Shown: piece by piece, positions 37,902 to 51,353 of the stretch | How the letters are laid out: every line of letters begins with the position of its first letter | Numbering within the stretch: position 1 is the stretch's first letter | From: Hemiscyllium ocellatum | Lineage: Eukaryota | Direction: 5' to 3' | NCBI RefSeq assembly: GCF_020745735.1 | Contig: NW_026867487.1 | Location: 3,906,001 to 3,970,000 of the forward strand | Length of the DNA: 64,000 bases | Program-made: the position numbers and the translations under genes | Notes under the pieces: model-generated | Database searches by the model: none | Told to the model about the DNA's origin: nothing | Seen by the model: the letters and a program-made list of their open reading frames with translations, nothing else

Positions 37902-39844
37902 TAAAACTCATTTACAATTACACTTGAGAGTCAATTTTCTATATTTGTGTATTTAGTAAAAACGGATTTCATTGTTGTAACGGAAAAATCCATGGCTCTC
38001 TTTGAGGAGATTGTCCTGAGATTTTGCCAAACTTGGGAGTTATTGACCCAGCGATAAGTTAAATCCATTTAAAATTCCCGAGTTATCAGCTGAAATGCCA
38101 TTTATAACCTCTCCTCCAAGTCACTCATCATTCTGACAAGGAAATATGTTCCAATTGCATCTGTGTCACAGAGTCAAAATGTCGCAACTCCCTTCAACAC
38201 AACATCCTGGTATCCTCATACACGAACGGAAGCAGCAGTTCAAAGACACTGCTCACCGCACTTTTTCCGTGGCAATTAGGCATAGACATGAAATGTTGGC
38301 CGAGTCAGCGTCACCCATATTCTATAGATGAATCTTTACAAATATAAATGCATCTTTTTATATCGCCATTTCTTCTGGAAAACTGAACCACCTGTCCTCA
38401 GTCCCTATGTTTCAATTCGGAGCATTTCTCTTTACTGGCTGGCGGTTCATCCCTCTCGGTCTCACAGACCTATTCAGGGTACTAGGCAGCGAGCTGAGAG
38501 TATCCTGAGATAGGATGGCAGATGATTGAGTTTCGCGAGTCGAACCAGTGCTTTCAAATATCCAAGTTCCATATAGAGAGGGAACAGGGCAATGCTGCTG
38601 CTTGGAGTCTGGGTACTATGTTGATCAATTATGATTTGTAATTATGCATCAAAGACATTCCATTTTCTTCTTTCATTTTGCGGAAGTGATCTGAACCTAA
38701 ATTTGAAATATCCTTCTGTCAGATAAGTTCCTTATTGAACATTCTTGTCAGAAATGGTTCATGGACATGCTGTGACTCTGCCGCTGTCTTCAGACAGAAG
38801 GAGATCTCTTCCCATGATAGCATCTGGAGGGACAATTATTTAATGTGGTCCCGGCAACATCCAATCTTCCATAGTTAATTTTAGGGAAGCAATTGAGAAA
38901 TTCAGATTATCAAGCAAATTTGCTCAATTTTGTTTCTCTGCCGAGTTCCAGGCAGCGAATGCATTTAAAGCAAACACATAAACTGCGATAGGAATGGGCG
39001 GAAAATAGAAATGTAATGTTTTGTGTCCAGGGGTCCTTGTTCAAAATAAATTCTCAACCTCGTTTGGACTGAAGATTATTGAATCTCCAGTGAGTTACTG
39101 ATCTCTTAGACTCATAGTGATGGACAACGGACTGAACAAAGTAAAATATTCGTTTATGATTCAGATTGTAATATACTGCATATCATGAAGTTGAATTACA
39201 ATTAACCAGATCTCTGTTTCTGTTCACCTGAACCTCTCATATTTATTATTGGAATCGCCAAATCTTCTGAATATCACCCTTCTGACCCCTCTTTCAGCTT
39301 TGTTAATTTGGTTGCTTTTGTTTTCATTGCACATGGTTGTCATAATCTGATATATTGCAGTTTACCTTGCACAGTAACGTTTTCAGCAGGTACATTTTTA
39401 GACCCTGTCTCGGATTATGGAATAATTGTATCTGACAAAGTTTTCCTCGACAACTTATTTGTCCATATTCAAGACTTGTAGGCTTCTCAGATTTCATATT
39501 ACAGTGGGTAGACTCCTGGTCTTATAAGCAAGTTACGGTTAATTGAATTTCACTGGTGCAACCCCTGCGTTATAGGCTGCATTTGATGCAAAAGTGAGCA
39601 TTTCAGGTCTCTTGTTAAACAATATTAATATAATTCTACATCTTTTGAACGTTGAGTCTTATCTGTTTGATATTATTACTTTTGTATTCCTGTTTGTCCC
39701 TCCAGGAACCTTAGGAATACAAGAAGCAACTGAAGTTATAAATGCTCTAGTGTGGCAGACTGAAGGAGGCGAGGCAGTATAAAAGGCAGAATGAGGAGGA
39801 AGGAGCGGCGTCATAACAATGGCAGAGAAGTGGTTGAATGCTTT

Positions 39845-39945
39845 CTTATCACAATAACGAGGGCTTATGCTCGAAACGTCGAATTCTCTATTCCTGAGAT
39901 GCTGCCTGGCCTGCTGTGCTTTGACCAGCAACACATTTGCAGTCC
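39845..39945 (+). mobile_element. Short Penelope-derived element
   Basis: GAGGGCTTATGCTCGAAACGTCGAATTCTC...GATGCTGCCTGGCCTGCTGTGCTTTGACCAGCAACACATTTGC. The CTGATGA half of the core is eroded. Confidence 0.75.
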
Positions 39946-40664
39946 GGTTTTGAAGTCTAAATTAGGACACGAAAGAGTCAAATCATAGCTTTTTGATTTA
40001 GTCTGGTAAAAATCGATTACATGACGATGATGCTAAAACAGCAAATATTTATCACTCATCGTATTGATCTAAAATGAAAACAAAACTCAAAAATATTATG
40101 ATGAAGGAAAGTTAAAAGGCAAAACAATGACTTCTCTTGTGGTCCAGTAGTTAAGCTTCAGCACGTAATCACTGCGCCTCACATTAATTTCTCAGTCTGG
40201 AAATAAGGATTTATTACTTTTTCACAAAATTGAAAACTGGCAGTAAGACTTTGACAGTGAAATCAGCGAAACCAAATCAGCTCTGCAAGAATCAGTGAGG
40301 GGCTTTCACATCTCATGGAGACACGTGAAAATGGAAGGGATTATCGCTATCCAACATCTTAGACAACTGGGCCACAGTGGTATGAAGAAAATAAAGTTTA
40401 TTATTGATACATATATATATATATGGTTCTTAGCGATCTTGACATTGTTGATACGAATTTTGCTTTTCGTTTCAGTTACAATATCAGATCAGTGGGCATA
40501 GGCTGATGATAAGGATCTAACAATTAATTCAGAGCTGAGGAGAAATTCATCTCTGACAAAGGAGTGAAATATGGAATTCGTTATCGAATTGGGCTGGATA
40601 GGCTCGTTCATTAAAATATTTTCAAGGTTGTTACATAAGATTTTTAAATTAACAAATAAATAAA

Positions 40665-40950
40665 GTGGAATGGTGGCTCAGCAGCTAGCACTGCTCTCTC
40701 AAAGCACGAGGGTCCCAGATTCAATTCCAGCCTCGGGCGACTGTTTGCTTGGAACTTGTGCATTCTTCCCGTGTCCGTGTGTGTTTCCTCCCACAATCCA
40801 AAGTTGTGCAGGTCAGGTGCATTATCCATGCGAAATTGCCCACAGTATTAGTCAAAAGAAAGTGGGTCTGGATGGGCTACTCTTTAAGGGTCAGTGCGAA
40901 CTAGTTGGGCCGAAGGGCTGTTTCCACACTGTAGAGAATCTAATCTAATC
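40665..40950 (+). mobile_element. HE1-type SINE, older copy
   Basis: Diverged homologue of 1336-1640 with the same (TAATC)n tail. Confidence 0.85.
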
Positions 40951-41459
40951 AAAGTGCTCTGGGGAGAGGAAGGAAAGGGGAGTTGATGATCAACAGATCA
41001 GACACAATCTTCTTTTGCTCCTAGGTTTTGTGATCTTATTATGATGATGCATACCGAACCTGAGTATGGATGTCAAGTTAGAAGTGACAGAGGACAATTG
41101 TGATGTGGAGAACAGCAATATGAAGCTTTAACTGCTGCATAAGTGTTTATTCCATACTTCCTTGCCTGTCAGTCTCTGTGATGCAATTATTCAGCGTGTA
41201 TAGCTGCCATCCATGCAGGGATGATGTCTTCTTTGTCTATGCATGGCAACTTCGACTGTCATGTACACCAACAAACATTGGTTTCTGAAGACAGTTCCCT
41301 CTTTATCCTATAATCTCTGGTTTTCTCCTGAGGTTCACGGGGATGTCGTTTTGGGCAGCACCACGGTTATTCGTTTCTGTGTTCTGTCATTCCTCTGAAC
41401 ATCGATCCTAAATGCTCAGTGATGTAAAATTCAAAACGTATGAGACTTCACATCTCTTG

Positions 41460-41680
41460 GTGTTCTGGAACTCTCCGCATACAAGGTTTGCAGAAACAGA
41501 AGCCCTCATAACTTTGGAGAAGTATTTGAATGGATGGAATACTCCAACTCAAAAAGTCTATGGGCTATCTGCTGGAGAATGGGGTTAGAAAAGTTAGGCC
41601 CTTGTTTTTGATTTACGCAGACTCTCTGGGCCTAAAGTTGCCATGTGTACTGCAGACATTTACGACTCCATAACTATCAG
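41460..41680 (+). mobile_element. CR1-type LINE 3' fragment
   Basis: TTCTGGAACTCTC...GGGCTATCTGCTGGAGAATGGG...ACGACTCCAT is a decayed version of the CR1 3' end. Confidence 0.5.
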
Positions 41681-43034
41681 TGATCAGATCACTTCCCTCA
41701 GTGAGTGCAATGACAGGAGAATGTTTGGAAGTAAAGTGTACCCTTGCCAAATAGGAGTGAGACAAACTGTTGCCAGATGCGTACACAGTCAAGTTATATA
41801 TTGCATCACTAGCTGTGTTGCGAATGTTTCAGAATTGTTACCAGCTAAAACTTTGCCCATATGAAAATGCTGGGATAAAAATAGTTCTCAAAATTCAAGA
41901 GGAGATTGTTAAAGTCGGTATATTTGAGTAGAGACTGTTTAATAACTCAATATTCATTAGTAAATAAGCAGAGAATGACTGAAACGTTCATTGAGAAAGT
42001 TTTAAACATACATTGCACGAGTCCTTGTCTCAATCGTCATTACTTTGCATCGTTTTTGTATTTTTATTAGACTACATGCATATTCCTTTATTTATTTTGT
42101 CTCAGTTTACCGAGCACGAGACTAAGCCTTGCTTATTATTACATGGAACCAAATATTTACTTTATGGTTTTTTTTCTCCATTGCGTTCAGCTGTATCTCA
42201 GTTATTGTTGTATTCGATAATATATAATTCAATGTCCCATTGTACATGTCTCATTCAGTAGTGTTTTCTGTTCAAGCTGAATATATTTTGCAGCGCAATG
42301 ATTCTTGTGTTAAGGACACTACCATTTCAGCACAAGAGCATGATACTATAAATCAAGGTCATGTTTCAGTTATCAATTTATCTGATGTTGTCTCTGTTTA
42401 CATTACACCAAGCCATTAACATTTGTCAACACATCAGGATTCTATGAGAACCTCCGACGTTTGGTTGACTTTATTGATTTTATGTTTTAGCAGAACAAAT
42501 GAATGCTCTTCAGTGTCTACATGGCTCAGTATTTGCAAGTAACAGATCCCCCCTTAGATGCCTTCCTTATTATGTTAAAATAGATTTATAACAGCTCAAC
42601 CATGGATAAGTGAACTCAAATAATATAAGGAATAATGTAAGAAATCAGAAAGCAAAATCCAAAAAAAAGCATGAACTAAATAGATGATAGGATCTCGAGA
42701 TATTTTAAACATGCTGTAACAATGGGTGATGGTCTTAAGTTCGAGATAGTGTCTCAGAAGAGTTTTAAGTCAGGAATGCCACGTGTGGTGAGAGTTAAAT
42801 ACATCCATTGCAGCCAACAGGTTGCCTTTTTTTAAATTTGCGTAGTTCCATGAGCAATGTTACAAATCAAAGCTAAGAGTTATTACATTTACTGACAGAA
42901 CTGCGCCTGAAGTGCATGTTCTAATTAATTGCCCCTCTGGAGACTCTCAGTTACAAAAGATAAGGGACACCTTGAATGCGTCTCAGAGCTGAAGTCTCGA
43001 CATTCAGTAATCCATTCAATCGCTGAAAACAAAG

Positions 43035-45104
43035 ATGCATGGGCCAGCAAATGGGCTGTTCTTTGCAATTTTCTATCCAGTTCTCGCTCTTATTGGTGTC
43101 CCCGGTGAGAAATCTATTCCAACAGAGTTATGTTTTTATTCTTCATAACAATTTGATCTTTTCCTTCAGAATCTGACTAAATATCAGCAACATCCAATAT
43201 GTTGTCTGTAAAATGGACTTCAACCAGGTTCCAATGTGTTATCACAATATGTTAGATTGCATTCTGTCATGTGTTTGCATTACGTGAAAATGCACTATGG
43301 ATTACAAAATTATATTATTCTCTATATTTCGGGACTATTTTATAACGTCATTTTTTATTATACATGCTAAATATTTCGTTAGTTTATACGTTTTAATTTT
43401 ATTCATATTCAATTATAACGCATTCAGGTACATTTCAGCACATTTAATATGCTGTGCAGTAGTACTATCAAATTTCATGAATATTTATTATTAACAGTGT
43501 GATCTTAAGAATTAGTGAAAAAGTCGCAAGAAGTAATTGCTGTTGAAAGATTTTAAATCATTTTACATTTTGAGTGATCCTGATAGATTTTGTACATTTT
43601 GCTTATACTTTGAATAATTCAATGTTTGCATCCATTGTGGACGTGTGTTTCGCTGGTCAATATCACATGGAATGATCTCTTTTAGTTTGTAGTAGAAACA
43701 ATAGCTTTCCAGTTGTGTCTCTCGTCAGTGCAATAGGTAAAATGGGGATGCATCAGAGGTGATGTAACACATTAATTTGATAGAGGGACACACGAAGAAA
43801 TATTTGCAAGTCAGTTTTAGAGATTACTAAAACCATGCTTTGTAAGACAGAGAGGCCAAGTAGGTCAGTGAGCTGAGAATTTGTGGATGAATTGGACTTG
43901 CAATGCTTAAATCAATGAGCACCATATATTTAGAATGAGCTTCAATTGGATACTTAGATTTAGGTATTGTCTCAGTAGTCAGAGAATAGAACGTGGAGCT
44001 GAGAAGATTGCAGTGACTCTTGTATCAAGAAATGTTTAATGCAGCAATGGATATCGAGCTATTGCCAACAATTTTGAAATAGTCTGAATTTGAGTCTGTG
44101 TGTGAGCGTGGGTTCTTTCTGTGCCAGATTGCATACAGTTGCTGTTTTGCGTTTGGAGTTTGTTTCCTACTATGTGTCACTTTCTTTTTTCATCTTCCAT
44201 AGCAAATGTGTTGGCGATTATTATTTTATCCCAACGATACTGTGGTCTCTCCCAATGCATCACGTATTACCTACTGGCGATAGTGGTGGCTGATTTCTTA
44301 GTTATCATCACTGGGTGTATCCTAAACAGGATTGGACGCATCTATTTTAGCTACAGTGTTATGTCCACCACCCCGGGCTGCAGCCTCACTGCTGTGCTGA
44401 TCTACGCCACGCGGGATTGCTCCGTCTGGCTGACAGTGGCTTTCACCTTTGACCGTTTTGTGGCCATCTGCTGCCAGAATCTTAAGAAACGATACTGTAC
44501 AAAGAAAACTGCTTTACGAGTCATAGGGCTCATCTGTGTCCTGTTCTGCATTAAAAACGCCCCTTTATACTTCATCTATAAGCCCATGTATATACTCGAT
44601 GCAGTGCCCTGGTTCTGTGATATCAAGGCGATCTTCCACACTTCGCCCACTTGGCAGGTCTACCGATATTTAAACAAAATATTAATCCCTTTTCTTCCTT
44701 TGTTCCTCATTGTGCTGCTCAACGCCCTCACTGTAAGGCACATCATAATGGCTAACAGAGCCCGCAAGAGACTCTGTAGAGTCGGGAATGATGTAGACTC
44801 AGAGATGGTGAACCGCAAGAGATCTATTATTCTGCTCTTTTCCATTTCTCTCAGTTTCCTCCTCTTGTGGGGAACTTATATCGTACGTTTTCTGCATAGA
44901 ATGGTTACCGGTGAAGAGTACGTTGGCAAACGGAACTTCAGTGATCCCAAGTACATCCTTCAAGAGACAACCAATATGCTAACCTTACTCAGCTCCTGCA
45001 ACAACATCTTCATCTAAGTGGTGTCACAGAACATGTTCCGGGAAGAACTCAAGAAAATACTGATGTGTCCCTTCCAAATATTCACTGCCAGCACAAAACA
45101 GTAG
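43035..45104 (+). CDS. Two-exon class A GPCR, GPR139/GPR142-like, with one premature stop in TM7
   Basis: Exon 1, 43035-43104: MHGPANGLFFAIFYPVLALIGVP with a GTGAGA donor. Exon 2 from 44203 (phase 1 AG): ANVLAIIIL...ADFL...VAFTFDRFVAICC...SSCNNIFI*. The TAA is at 45015-45017, giving 294 aa. The frame continues for 28 codons to TAG at 45102-45104. Confidence 0.9.
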
Positions 45105-45544
45105 AAAAGAAAAAGTGCAGAACATCTGACCAGTACTTCCCTTTGGTGCGTGTTATTAGATGTGTAGCACCATCTCCCAGAATTAACCATTCGCGGTTTC
45201 AGATCCGCTCGAGAACCGTGAGAGTTATTCTCCAATGCGAGTAGTTGCCTTTTGCCAGCTGAAAAGGATTTGAATATCTGACTGTCTGTTATAGATGCTT
45301 ACTCAAGGCTTGGGTCTATTGGCTTAGATAGCATGTGAAATCGTATTCTTTACTATTTCAACTGAACAGAGATTTCAGTCGACAATCCTCGTCAATCGTT
45401 ATCCCTCGTGTCATAACAATGAGGTCAGTTTTATTCTAATACGTGTAAATCTCTACTTTTTAAATCTTACACTGCTCCTTTGCTGCTATTGTTTGCACTA
45501 AATGATTGGAAAGTCCACAAATGTTTGAAAAGTACTTAATTGAT

Positions 45545-45625
45545 CAATCCTTCCTTCGTTCCTTCCTTCTTTCCTTCCTTCCTTCCTTTCTCTCATCCTT
45601 CATTCTTCTCTCCATTCCTTTCCAT
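45545..45625. repeat. (TTCC)n microsatellite, paralogous to 54835-54895
   Basis: Both copies share the interruption CCTTCCTTCGTT. Confidence 0.85.
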
Positions 45626-47354
45626 TACATGGCATTTTTCTCATTGTGAACGAAATAGCACTGTGCAATTAACAGACGGTTCCTTTAGAGGACCGGGGAT
45701 ACAAATCATAACCAACTGGTTTCCTCCTTTGATGCATTGTTTATATAAATGCGATTCGAACTCTCTGATCAGCCCAAAGATCGTGCATACACCAGGATCA
45801 AGATTGATGGTGCAGTCAGATAAAGTGATGTGGTATGACGCATCAGCCATGGTTTGATGGAATAGGAAAGAAAGTTCAAATAAACACACAAGACATAAAC
45901 GATCACACACATGTGCATGTTCTACTGCAATGCGAATAGAGTCAGAACGGTTGAACAGTGATAAACACACGTATAAGAATAAATAATTCTTGAACAGTTG
46001 TTTGTAATGTTCTTTCTGTTCCTGTTCGTTGCAAAGGTTTAAATTGGTCTAAAAAATTGCATACATTTTTCATTCTAACTGACGAGTATGTGTCGAGAAA
46101 AGAAATTTCCACCTTTTTCTTCTCTGAAATATATTTACAGTTTTAGGTACTTAGCTACTTGGCACTTAATGAAACGGGTTTACTTATACTTCCTTAAAAA
46201 TACATTCTATGATTGGAAACTCATCTCTCATGTTTTGGAACATTTTGGAACATTTCCAACTGTGTCAGAAGGGGTCCAAATGTTCAAATCATTGTTTAGG
46301 ACCAGTGGTTCGATTGATCTATCTAAATTTCCACGGTAACTCCAAATTTCTACTTAACGTTTCTGAAAGATGAGTTCTCGAAACTGGTGCGCATTGTTGA
46401 ATATTGTCCTCAACAGTCGCATATTTAAGGTATTTATGTGTTGTATTTATGTGTTCTATATACTGAGTTCCTTTTGAGTAAGCTCAATTCTTTAACGATC
46501 TATGAGCATCAGCCACTTGCTCCCTTATGTTAGGGCCTCCAATTCATTCTTAAATGTCTTATTTAAAAGAGCTTTTCAAATAAATTGGTATGTATTTCTT
46601 AGCTCTATTCATGCTGCATCAGAAGGCATCTTGGTTTTCAATTTTGTGAGATGAACTGAGATGATGATCTTTCGTCTTCCTTTATTTTATTACATCCTTT
46701 TTTTTCATTTCATGATTCTTTACATCATTCACTCCTGTAACTGTGCGCGTATTCTTAATGTGCCATTCCAGCCACATTCTAACACGTTCAGGTGATACTG
46801 GTTGTCCAAAACAGTATTCAACTCTTGAACAGTATCTTTTGAAGAGAAGTAGCCATTTGCTGTGTGGAGAAATTGGCCAAAAGCAAATATGAGTTTTGTG
46901 GATATTTGCATTTTCATCTCATTCATTTGAAGGGAAATTAAAAATAATTCAAAGAGAAGGAAACGCATAAATGATGGGGATGTATGATTTCATGTCCATT
47001 GTGTTTTCATGGATATTCTCATAAAAATGCTTTTCAATTTACTGGACAACTCTACCTGACAACTTTATAATGTTTTTCTTCATTGCTGGCCGGCGGCCCT
47101 GTCCGGCCTAAATAATGCAGGGCTTTCGTGAAACCATGACAGAGCATGGTCTTTCGTTGACTGCTGTGTATGTATAGTTGCAAACAGGAATGGATGCCCT
47201 GTCGAAGTTTTCCAGGGATGCTATTATTCAGCTTAAGGTTCCTGTGCTGAGAGTGAGAGAGAAAAAAAGTAGTGTTTTTACGTTTATAACCAGTAGTTGA
47301 TCGCATAGAAACCGAATGGAAATCGTACCAGTTGGAGTAATCGAGTCACAGTGA

Positions 47355-48300
47355 TGTACAGAAATGAGACAGAACCTTCGTTTCAACTCACCTATGCCAA
47401 CAACGGATCCTACAGAAATCTGGTCCCATATGCAAACATTTGGCTCGGTTCCCTCCAAACCGTTCCTATTCATATTGCTACCCAGATGTCAATTACAGAT
47501 AAGTGTTTCAGATTCCATCCCTTCCTCTGGCAGATCATTACACAGACGCAACACAATCTGCATGATAAAGGTTTCCCTTAGATTGCTTACGAATCTTTCC
47601 CCTCTCACTTTCAAACTATGCCTTCTATTTTTGCACTCAACTCGAGCAGGGAATGGGCATTATCTATTTATGCCAGCCGTTCCACTCATGATTTTCCAAA
47701 TCTCCAGTTGGGCGAAATGTCTGTTTCCATCCTGCACATCTCTGTGCATGACACGGCCGCCTCCGACACTCTAGGGAACATAGGCCCAGACGATTCAAAC
47801 TCTTCCTATAGGTCAAACTGTCCAACCCTGTCAACATCTTTGTAAATCTTTTCTGAATCTTTCCAACTTTCGCAACGTCCTGCATATCGATATTTAAGGG
47901 ATTTTTCTTTCTGTAGAACGGATGGACTGAGTTTCAACTGATAAGTGTAAACTGTTTTTAATCCTGTTTCTAACAAACTGAATGGAACGTCCGAAAAGGG
48001 AAAAAAACGACATTCGTCACTCACTGCTTTTGAGACTAATAATCCTATACCCAATCCAAAGTTAGAGAGCTTAATCTTGGCGAGGCCCAACTTGGTAAGG
48101 ACAAGATACCAAGTTTTTCTTCATTGCTGGCCAATGACCCTGAAATCATATCCATTTAGACAAAATAGTTTTAGTAGAGACATGAACACTTGTGGGATGT
48201 TTACCCAACCCCTCCCCCAGCCCCACCTCCCCAAGAACATGTCCAGCTGATCGATGAAAACTGTACTTGTTATTTTGTTAAAGGCAAGTGCAAGACTCTG
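47355..48300 (-). mobile_element. CR1-type LINE 3' fragments
   Basis: ORF track reads VGKIQKRFTKMLTGLDSLTYRKSLNRLGLCSLECRR. A second 3'-end remnant lies at about 48060-48290. Confidence 0.75.
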
Positions 48301-48533
48301 CGATGCAGATGTGACTCTATGGACAAAACTACTGGGCTTGAAGTGAAACACATAATATTCTTATACCAGAATTAAACTGCAAACATAAAACGAAAAAAAT
48401 GCATCAACTAACTTTATCAAAATACGACAATATTTGACATCAATTGTTCCAATATAACGGAATCCCATCAACACAAACTTGGCAAAATTGAGAAGGACAG
48501 TGTTACCTCCGCCAGTGGGGGGGAAAGGGAAAA

Positions 48534-48667
48534 NNNNNNNNNNNNNNNNNNNNNNNNNNNNNNNNNNNNNNNNNNNNNNNNNNNNNNNNNNNNNNNNNNN
48601 NNNNNNNNNNNNNNNNNNNNNNNNNNNNNNNNNNNNNNNNNNNNNNNNNNNNNNNNNNNNNNNNNNN
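48534..48667. other. Assembly gap (N run)
   Basis: Direct reading. Confidence 1.
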
Positions 48668-49469
48668 GCGCGCAACTTCACCTCCAAAATACCAATTTCA
48701 ACAGCTGAAGGAAAAATAAAACGGTGGGGCTCAGTGAGGCTGACATCTCCAACCATTTTTCTCCTGTTAAAAATAAACTAACTCTGCTTTCAATGGAGTA
48801 AGCAACTCTGTATGAACTTTTTTTTAAAAAACCCTTCACAGGAAAATGTGGACAGAACAAATCCGTAATAAAGACACACCTCATCTCTCTCCAAATGTTA
48901 AATGACATTACAACGATTGAAAATATTTAGATTTAAAATAGGCTTCAGATAATTAAGAATAAACATGCAAGAAAGTAATCAAGTGATTTCGGACCGACGC
49001 TATCAGGAAGTGTGAAATATCTCAAATAACAAGCCTTTGACCATGGATAGATTATTGTTGGGCAAGTTGAAAAGTGCTGGTAAGTGATTTTGTTCACTAA
49101 TGAATCTTATTCTGTGAAGCAAAATAACAGAGCAAGTTTTCTCCGCCCCATCAATTTTTGGAAAATGATGTTGTGCTTATTGCGCAGAACATTTCAATTC
49201 TGTGGTGTCAACATGTTCACTTTAAAAGCTCTCTGCTGCTGGTGACATCATTACTTTAAGTTATCAATATTCAGCGTTCTGTCAATTTTCAGCTTTCCTG
49301 CAATACACAATTCACTACTGGCATTAGTCCTCAGGACAGGTTCCGAAATACCTGCTCCAGAGACGCAATTCAAAATAGTCGAATAAGCAAAGTATTTCTG
49401 GGGGACGAAATTTTGCTATTGTTGAATTCTGACCATATTCAACTTCTTTGTTGTTCTGGTGTTCACGAT

Positions 49470-49714
49470 GCTTGCCCTCTACTGGCTAAACGTCTCCAAT
49501 GTACAACTGAGGAAATGATCTCCACTACTCTGTACTGAGTCGGCGTTCAGCACAATGCTGCAGAGCATGGAGAGAGATGTAAAAGCATCTGAACATTATA
49601 GACATTACAAGTACACAGGGGTATAATGCACAGAGACTTTTGGACAACAAAAATCTTAATAATGTGCGATTACAGACATAGTAAATGAGGCACGGAAAGA
49701 GACAGACAAAAACT
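49470..49714 (+). pseudogene. V relic with RSS, between the two GPCR genes
   Basis: AKRLQCTTEEMISTTLY* (Cys at 49500, Trp as TGA) and a 3' end TAA TAA TGT GCG ATT ACA GA. RSS is CATAGTA (49677-49683), 22 nt, ACAAAAACT (49706-49714). GTGACATCA lies upstream at 49242-49250. Confidence 0.5.
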
Positions 49715-49759
49715 TAAACAAAAGCAGGATTTATCTTTTAGTTTCGTGTGCAAGATTGG

Positions 49760-50030
49760 CGTCATTACATGGCCATTATTTATTGCCGTTGAAAAGGTGA
49801 AGTTGAACTGCGTTTTTGAACTGCTCCAGTCCATCTTTTGTGGGCTGACCCATGATGCATTTAGGCCGGGATTTCTCCTAAGTTGAAACGGAAATTGCAA
49901 TAGCTTGCTGGGGCAATAGCAGCTGATCATATTCCAGTCACGTGCTAACGTTGTGCTTCGAGATGGAATCTTTGTGCTTGCAGAGTGCTGTTGAGGTTCC
50001 TTTGTGAATTTCTGCAGTGAATCATGTAAA
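49760..50030 (-). pseudogene. Possible V relic, convergent with the previous one
   Basis: ORF track reads QKFTKEP...ISCYCPSKLLQF...SSKTQFNFTFSTAINN, loosely FR1/FR2/FR3-like. No convincing RSS. Confidence 0.33.
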
Positions 50031-51353
50031 CAATACACACTGTTACTTAGCACCGTGGTAATGTCACTGACGGAGCAATAAAGAACAGCAGGTTAATCCT
50101 CAGAGGTCATTATTTCCACCATTGGAACTGGAAGAGATGGAAATCATTAGTAAATAGTCTGGAATGTTAGCTTCTCAATGATCTAGCTGAATACTATAAA
50201 AGACTCGATGGAGAGAGTGGCCGACCTTTGTCGCTACACCTTATAACCTAATGAACTTGAAAGTATGTTTGAAAGTTAATTTCCTCAAGGCCCTGGTAAT
50301 TGGACTGTGATCATTTGTTCGCAATAATTGGATGTAAAGCTGTGTGAGAGAACCTTTTACACATCACCTTTGAATTGATGGTGGTCTCGCCATGTAGGCA
50401 TTTGAATGTAAAGGGAGGAATGGACCACCAGCATACTGTGTTTAAACTGACCAGGATGGAAATATGACAATTTGTGGACAAATAGTGATTATAGTGATGT
50501 CTTCCAGATCTCTCCAATTCGTAAACAATCTACTTTATTCAAGTCGCCAGACATTATTTTAAGATAAACTTGCTGGTTCTAAACTATAAGTTTAATTTTC
50601 ACATTTCTGATTAACAAATATACGGAGCATACTGAAATCATTGAAATCATTTGAATCAGCAAATGGAAAGGCCTTAATTTCTTAGTTCCCTTGTCTTCGC
50701 TCTCTGCACCATTACATCTCACCCTGTTCAAGCTTTTTGAACTGAATGTGACTGTGGATTCCGGTAATAAACCATTACAGTTTTCATGGCGTTGTGTTTT
50801 TCTTTCCCGTTGATTGGACAACAACTGCTTGAATGAAACTGCAAATGTTTTGTGGAGAACGTTGTGAGGAAGGGAAGAACGAACAGAAATGGCATTTCTT
50901 GTGTTCACTTCACACTCATTCCCATCGATCAATTCGAGAATTAACATGTTTTCTGGGATTTAGTTGTGAAAAATGTAATTGTTACTAATGTCACTGAATG
51001 TACTAAGAATTCTCACGCTTGAAAACACGAAATGATTAAGAAAGCAACAAAAATGTGATGGGGCTGGATTAGGTTAAAGGGAAAACTTCAGTCAGCATCT
51101 ACCATCACAAAGAACATTTATTGATGTTTAATAAAGGTATGATTTTTGTGAAGGTCACAGAGCATTCGTCATTTACAAACAACATGTTGTTACTCACCTT
51201 CTGATGTTTGTTTGTTCATTGAAATGTGAATAAATTCTTTGTTGTAGCTTAGTTTCCCTCCGGACTTTCTGCTGCAGAATAACTTAGTAATGTTTTGAGC
51301 CTGTCGCAGAATTTCAGTGCGCAACGTGAAGTCTTCCATTCTGTTCTAATAGC

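Noticed and set aside
39707-39785. GTLGIQEATEVINALVWQTEG after a good acceptor as a V 5' fragment
   Set aside because: Plausible but it stops before the first Cys, with no downstream V motifs or in-phase leader. Too weak to list as a feature.
43297-43494. Hydrophobic 65-aa ORF as GPCR exon 1
   Set aside because: It is AT-rich intron sequence. The real exon 1 is 43035-43104, supported by the paralogue at 51354.
44121-44202. ORF-track N-terminus MPDCIQLL... of the GPCR
   Set aside because: It uses a non-ATG start and runs through the polypyrimidine tract and AG acceptor at 44201-44202, so it is intronic.
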